59,626 nt of DNA from a virus (taxonomy: Duplodnaviria; Caudoviricetes), in IMG/VR virus record IMGVR_UViG_3300017706_002637, positions 1 to 59,626 of that record. The stretch is one strand, 5' to 3'. Of this stretch, positions 55,101 to 59,626 are shown in pieces. Within the stretch, counting starts at the first letter, position 1; each line of letters starts with the position of its first letter. The notes beneath the pieces were generated by a model. That model ran no database searches. It was not told where the DNA came from and was given only the letters and a program-made list of their open reading frames with translations. The translations under genes and the position numbers were made by a program.

Positions 55101-55794
55101 ACCTCTTTTTTATTATATCTGATATTTTTTTATTTCCCTTTACCTTTGAGTTTCCCAAAAAATAAGGGATGTCATTCAAACTTATTTTATTAATAACTTG
55201 CTCTAAAACTTTAGATGAGCTATCGTCTACAAAATACATCAATTCTCTCGAACCCCTAGGAATTACTGAGACGGCCATAGATCTTGCCTCAGACTTAGAG
55301 TCATTCTTCATATAAGGCATAGAATATTCCGGTCCAAGCCTAGTGTAGCACACACTTCTTATCTTATAATTTTTGTCGTTTATTACCGCCATCAGAGATT
55401 TTTGAGAGCACATATAAGCCGAATGAGCCCTCACCTCTAAAGAGTACTCTTTGTCCATTATTATTTTATCAAATACAGATATATCTTCGTAATAGGAATC
55501 TTCCAAAATTTTTATGTGGAATCTAAACGGTAATTCTTTAGATAAAGATACTTTTTTCAGAATATCTGATGTAAGCATATCGATTATTTTTAGTTGGCAA
55601 AACCAAGAACTCATTCCCGTTGGATATTCTTCGCTTATATTTTTATCAACAAGCGATTTAACAAATAGCGCTATGTCTTTATCACCCATTTGCAAAAATA
55701 TTTTATTTAGCTCAGAAGACATTTCAAAGTCGCTCGGCTCTGATAAAGTATCAAATACCGCTTCTTCAAAATCCTCAAGAGAAAACATAATCAT
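55084..55794 (-). CDS. LRV/HEAT-like repeat protein
   Basis: About 24-aa repeats: DKEYSLEVR, NDKNYKIR, NDSKSEAR and DDSSSKV. Confidence 0.55.
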   Translation of the reverse strand: MIMFSLEDFEEAVFDTLSEPSDFEMSSELNKIFLQMGDKDIALFVKSLVDKNISEEYPTGMSSWFCQLKIIDMLTSDILKKVSLSKELPFRFHIKILEDSYYEDISVFDKIIMDKEYSLEVRAHSAYMCSQKSLMAVINDKNYKIRSVCYTRLGPEYSMPYMKNDSKSEARSMAVSVIPRGSRELMYFVDDSSSKVLEQVINKISLNDIPYFLGNSKVKGNKKISDIIKKRFEDNV

Positions 55795-56648
55795 TTTAAA
55801 TCCTCAAACGAGTCAACTGCAAATCCAGATGCGCAGTGATGACCTCCGCCTCCATAAGATTTTGATATATCGCAGCAGCTAACCCCACCTCTTCTGCTTC
55901 TTAAAGAGAAAACTATGTTATCTTCTTTTAAATAATATATTGCGGCCAAGTCAACAGAGGAATCTTCTTTTAAAATTTCATTTCCAATAAACGACTGAAG
56001 TATCGATGAATTAACAAATGTGGTATTAATACCATTTAGTTTTCCGTAATATTTTTTGCTGCAAGCTTTTTTAACCAATTGTTTCTGATAACTTTTAATA
56101 AGAGTTCCGTTTGAAACAACCCTTTTGTAGCCCCAACTCTCTCCATCCTTGAAGCACTCTATTTCTTTTGAAAAATTATCCCATATCTCAAATGTCTTAT
56201 CCATAGAATCCAAAACCATGAGGGCTTCTTCTGATCCTTCCACATTCCACTTCCACAAATCTCTGTCTTCAATTATATCTATAAGCTTTGGTCTTTTATT
56301 AAATCCGAAGAAATAATCCCAAGATATTCCCGCCCCACTTCTTTCGTTGTCAAATACATGCTCTTTGCAGAACTCTATATTATCTTTTGATCCAATATGA
56401 TGATCAAGCACGACAACTCTGTTTTCTACCTCAAGAGTTTGAATAACTTCCTTTGGAGGGCAAATATCTAAGAAATATATTTGATGATTTGAAACAGGAC
56501 TTATTGAATCTCCATGCTTCAAAGGAATGTATTTAGCAGAATACCCAAACTTCTTCCAGGCAGACCAAGCCGCGCCAAACCCATCTGGACAACCTTTGTG
56601 ATAATAGATAATTCTTTTCATATGACCTTCCTTTGTTTTGGTTTTCAT
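55791..56648 (-). CDS. DHH/DHHA1 phosphoesterase
   Basis: YHKGCPDG, FLD, LDHH, SGAG, DRDLW, FSLRS and GGGGH..ASG. Alternative start at 56621. Confidence 0.9.
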   Translation of the reverse strand: MKTKTKEGHMKRIIYYHKGCPDGFGAAWSAWKKFGYSAKYIPLKHGDSISPVSNHQIYFLDICPPKEVIQTLEVENRVVVLDHHIGSKDNIEFCKEHVFDNERSGAGISWDYFFGFNKRPKLIDIIEDRDLWKWNVEGSEEALMVLDSMDKTFEIWDNFSKEIECFKDGESWGYKRVVSNGTLIKSYQKQLVKKACSKKYYGKLNGINTTFVNSSILQSFIGNEILKEDSSVDLAAIYYLKEDNIVFSLRSRRGGVSCCDISKSYGGGGHHCASGFAVDSFEDLK

Positions 56649-56752
56649 ATGAAATTATACGCATAAAAAATGCTCTAGGCTAAAAGTTTTTTTAAAAAAG
56701 TTGGACGATAAAAATTGGCCTGTATAATATACTAACAAGATAAGTAATAACC

Positions 56753-59599
56753 TTATTCTGCTGTTAACTTAGCTCTTTCCGATTCTAAAAACTTAATAAT
56801 GCTCTCTTTGTAGGTCTTTAGTATTTTTGCAGACTCCCCCACTATTTGAGGATTTGTAAGCTGCCCTATTGACACTTCTCTCGCTACATTTACCCTGCTC
56901 CAATCTACATACCACTCCGGACTCTTGCTATTGTTTATATCCGTCATTACTTTGCAAACTTTTTTCAGATCAAGTTTACCCCCTGAGGATGTTACAGAGC
57001 CAGACTCTGTTGGCCCGCTTAGCTTATCAGCAATCTGTGAGTTTCTTGATATTAAGGGTGGACTGAAAACTTTTCCGTCGGAGCTGAATATGTAAGTCTT
57101 GTACGTTAAGGGGGTTACCGAAGCTAAAGCTTCTTTTACTTTTTTAATGTGATTTTCTTTTCTTTTTTTGTTAATTTCTTCAGTTGCTACAGCAGATGGG
57201 CTTAGACCTTTGGCTATTTGAACTAGAGCTTTTCCAGTTTTTGATTTAGAGGAGAATGCATCTTCTTCTAAATTTACTTTTCCTATGTGGTTGTCGAAGA
57301 ATAAAGTGTTAAGAACTGCTTTTAGATTATCATCTTTATTCAAAGAGGTGCTGTTATTTGCTTGATCACATATGGTTTGGAATAAAGAGGAGTTGGTTTT
57401 AAAGGAGCAGGCGGGAGAGGAGCATACTTCATCACTCAAGATCTTTTCCAAAGATTCTAAGTCCGCAATATAGTTATGTAAGAAGTACGCTGAGACGTTT
57501 GAATACTTCTTATCTTTAATATATGTTTTGTCGCCAACTTTTATTTTTCCGTCAACGGCTACAGATCCTTCCTTTTCCTTGGTAACATAGTAGTGATCTT
57601 TGGTATTTTTCTCATTATAGTATTTTACAGTTTTTTGATTTTCTTCTTTCTGCATTGCAAAATTTCCTTTTTTTGCATTCTCTCCAATCAAGCTATTCAA
57701 AATTAACTTTAGAGCTTTTGCATCCTTTAGCATTTCGGTTATATCATCTTTTATCGGACCAGGAGTATACCCATCATATTCTTTGTTTAGTATAATTTTT
57801 TCTTTATTTATAAAAAGATTTTTGTAAAAATCAAATATAGATCTGGAATCAGCGTTCGTTTTTTCTGATTTGTATTTTGATATTAAGGCGTTTATCTCGT
57901 TGTGCTTTCCTAAAATTTTATCATATACGGATATAAGGTATTCTGATTTGTAATTTTCATTATTACTATTAAGAGATAAGGCTACTTCTTTGGGAATATC
58001 ATAATTATCTTGGTAGTTAAGATAACTGCTGCTCATATCAGTCTTAGCCTTATCTTTGTACATCTCTATTGGGTTAGCCCCGCTTTCGTCGTTTTTCCAT
58101 TTTTCGAAAAAATTAGTTATAGCGATTATACAATTATTCTGAGCCGAATCCTCAACTCTATTCTTTATAGACTCTAAGGATACCTTGTAGCCATTCTGCA
58201 TGTAAATTAGCTCGACATACTCTATAGGAATAACGTTTGCTTTTGCCAATTCAAAAAGACCACTCAGGCAGGCTTCTTTGGATATATAATATTTTCTCTC
58301 AGCTTTTGTAAACCCATATTCTATATCTGAGCTAAGGGCCGCCAATACTTCGTGATCTCTTTCTGCCTTTGCTTTATTTACATAAAAGCATACTGCGGGA
58401 TTTCCTATTTGTTCTTTTCCGCTTTCATCTTCTTTTATGAAATTTTGATATTTTGTCATTATATTTTTTACACTTTTATCTGAAGATTTAACATAATCTT
58501 TTATAACTTCTTTAAGATCTTCTCCTGTATCTTCTTCATAATCTTTTTTATATTTATTTGATATAGACTCTGTTAGATCTGAATCTTCGAAAGACATCAG
58601 TTTTCTTTTTTCATTGGAGATGCTATTTGACTGATCCGGATTTTTAAAGTCAAGTTTTAGTTTAGCATAAGTAAAGCAAGAATCGTAAGACTCTCTTAGT
58701 CCTTCGTTGTAGTACTTTAGAAATACATGAAGAAATGATTCATCTCTATTATTTGGTGTAAAATTAGGTATATTTAAAGATAAGAAGTATTTTATTATCT
58801 TCTCAAGTCCATCTTCGCAAAAAGTATAAAACAAATATATATAAAGATACTTGTTTTTATTGAAAGAATTTTTATCTATCGGCACAAACAAATATCCGAC
58901 TTCCGTTAGGTCTTCTGCCTCCAACCATCCTGCTTCTTCGACAAGATCTTTTAGCATCTCGTTTCCCGATTTAGCTGACTCTAGTATATCACGAATTGCA
59001 GAGACATCGTTTCCTTCTTTATATATGTATTTGTTTAAAAAATCAACAAATTGAGTGCTGTTTAGATTTGCTTTGTAATATTTTAAGCAACCCATAATTA
59101 AATTAAACAAAGATATTATCTTTGTCTGACCAGACTTATTTACTAGCACTTCCAAGAGGCATAGCTTTTGCTCACATGTGGCTGAGCTGAAAAACATTTT
59201 ATTCTTAAAATCAAATATTTTTAAAACATCTAAATTTTTTCCCGAACAGTTTATCGTAACTGGAAGGTAATCTTCGCCAACCCTACCGCTTGACGGTGCG
59301 CCATCTTCTTTTTTGACAGCAGGAGCAGGAGTGCTTTCTTTTGAGCTAGATTGATCTGGAGCCTCAATAGTTTCTTTTGGTTTAGGCTCAGCTGGACTCT
59401 CTTGAGTTTCAGGATCAGACTCAGGAGTCTCTTTGGACTCAGAATCTTCTTTTCTTCCATACATCAATTCTTTTGTTTTTTCTGCATTACTTGGAGCTGT
59501 AAACGCAGCAATTTTATCCAAAGCATAAATTTGATCTATATACTTTGGATTTACATTTATCTTATTTAAAGCGTCTATTAGTGTGGAAATTTTATTCAT
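56753..59599 (-). CDS. Large hypothetical protein with an N-terminal tag-like leader (possible internal virion protein)
   Basis: 948 aa. MNKISTLIDALNKIN...IDQIYALDKIA is followed by a Pro/Glu/Ser linker. Confidence 0.7.
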   Translation of the reverse strand: MNKISTLIDALNKINVNPKYIDQIYALDKIAAFTAPSNAEKTKELMYGRKEDSESKETPESDPETQESPAEPKPKETIEAPDQSSSKESTPAPAVKKEDGAPSSGRVGEDYLPVTINCSGKNLDVLKIFDFKNKMFFSSATCEQKLCLLEVLVNKSGQTKIISLFNLIMGCLKYYKANLNSTQFVDFLNKYIYKEGNDVSAIRDILESAKSGNEMLKDLVEEAGWLEAEDLTEVGYLFVPIDKNSFNKNKYLYIYLFYTFCEDGLEKIIKYFLSLNIPNFTPNNRDESFLHVFLKYYNEGLRESYDSCFTYAKLKLDFKNPDQSNSISNEKRKLMSFEDSDLTESISNKYKKDYEEDTGEDLKEVIKDYVKSSDKSVKNIMTKYQNFIKEDESGKEQIGNPAVCFYVNKAKAERDHEVLAALSSDIEYGFTKAERKYYISKEACLSGLFELAKANVIPIEYVELIYMQNGYKVSLESIKNRVEDSAQNNCIIAITNFFEKWKNDESGANPIEMYKDKAKTDMSSSYLNYQDNYDIPKEVALSLNSNNENYKSEYLISVYDKILGKHNEINALISKYKSEKTNADSRSIFDFYKNLFINKEKIILNKEYDGYTPGPIKDDITEMLKDAKALKLILNSLIGENAKKGNFAMQKEENQKTVKYYNEKNTKDHYYVTKEKEGSVAVDGKIKVGDKTYIKDKKYSNVSAYFLHNYIADLESLEKILSDEVCSSPACSFKTNSSLFQTICDQANNSTSLNKDDNLKAVLNTLFFDNHIGKVNLEEDAFSSKSKTGKALVQIAKGLSPSAVATEEINKKRKENHIKKVKEALASVTPLTYKTYIFSSDGKVFSPPLISRNSQIADKLSGPTESGSVTSSGGKLDLKKVCKVMTDINNSKSPEWYVDWSRVNVAREVSIGQLTNPQIVGESAKILKTYKESIIKFLESERAKLTAE

Positions 59600-59626
59600 T
59601 ATTATTTTTCAGATCTACTCTTTGCT

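Noticed and set aside
2264-59569. All plus-strand ORFs in the track and the short off-frame minus-strand ORFs (e.g. 3472-3720, 13875-14183, 18960-19181)
   Set aside because: They lie within or overlap longer, motif-supported minus-strand genes, and I recognised no protein motifs in them. They are treated as shadow ORFs.
1-59626. Stop-codon reassignment
   Set aside because: Long conserved genes are intact in the standard code, and TAA, TAG (e.g. 2138, 35896) and TGA (e.g. 28425, 10032) all end genes at sensible boundaries.
1-59626. Bacterial chromosome or prophage origin, suggested by dnaE, recA, groEL, HU and khpA
   Set aside because: These genes are diverged, lack their usual chromosomal neighbours, and are co-oriented and interleaved with terminase, portal, fibre and gp32-like genes. 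No integrase or att site was seen.

Overview
The window is an AT-rich, gene-dense segment of a large (jumbo/huge-type) tailed bacteriophage genome. It uses the standard genetic code and every credible gene is on the minus strand. Reading in transcription order (high to low coordinates): a DHH phosphoesterase and LRV/HEAT-like genes; a MoxR AAA / VWA-peptidase pair; an M16 peptidase, ThyX, Hsp20, KhpA and HU; three tail/fibre-like proteins; an FtsK-CHC2-SbcD-SbcC operon; a Cas4/AddB-like nuclease, a sigma factor and an LMW phosphatase; a replication/recombination block (DnaE, UvsY-like, gp32-like SSB, RuvC-like, GroEL, RecA, a primase core without its zinc finger, a sigma region 4 protein); and a long head-morphogenesis block (putative TerS, CCA/poly(A)-type nucleotidyltransferase, TerL, portal, DUF192 protein, prohead protease with nested scaffold, decoration protein, ART-like protein). 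The most notable patterns are: (1) a hydrophobic-x-K-x-[A/S] motif and a shared helical-hairpin tag recurring across most head-block proteins, suggesting a protease-cleavage and capsid cargo-loading system; (2) a nested scaffold gene with its own RBS and promoter motif; (3) two classes of recurrent promoter motif; (4) a split primase; (5) T4-like autoregulatory leaders on dnaE and ssb; (6) a CCA-family enzyme with an altered nucleotide-templating motif. All calls come from motif recognition by eye; no database searches were run. No tRNA, CRISPR array, intein, integrase or major capsid gene was recognised.
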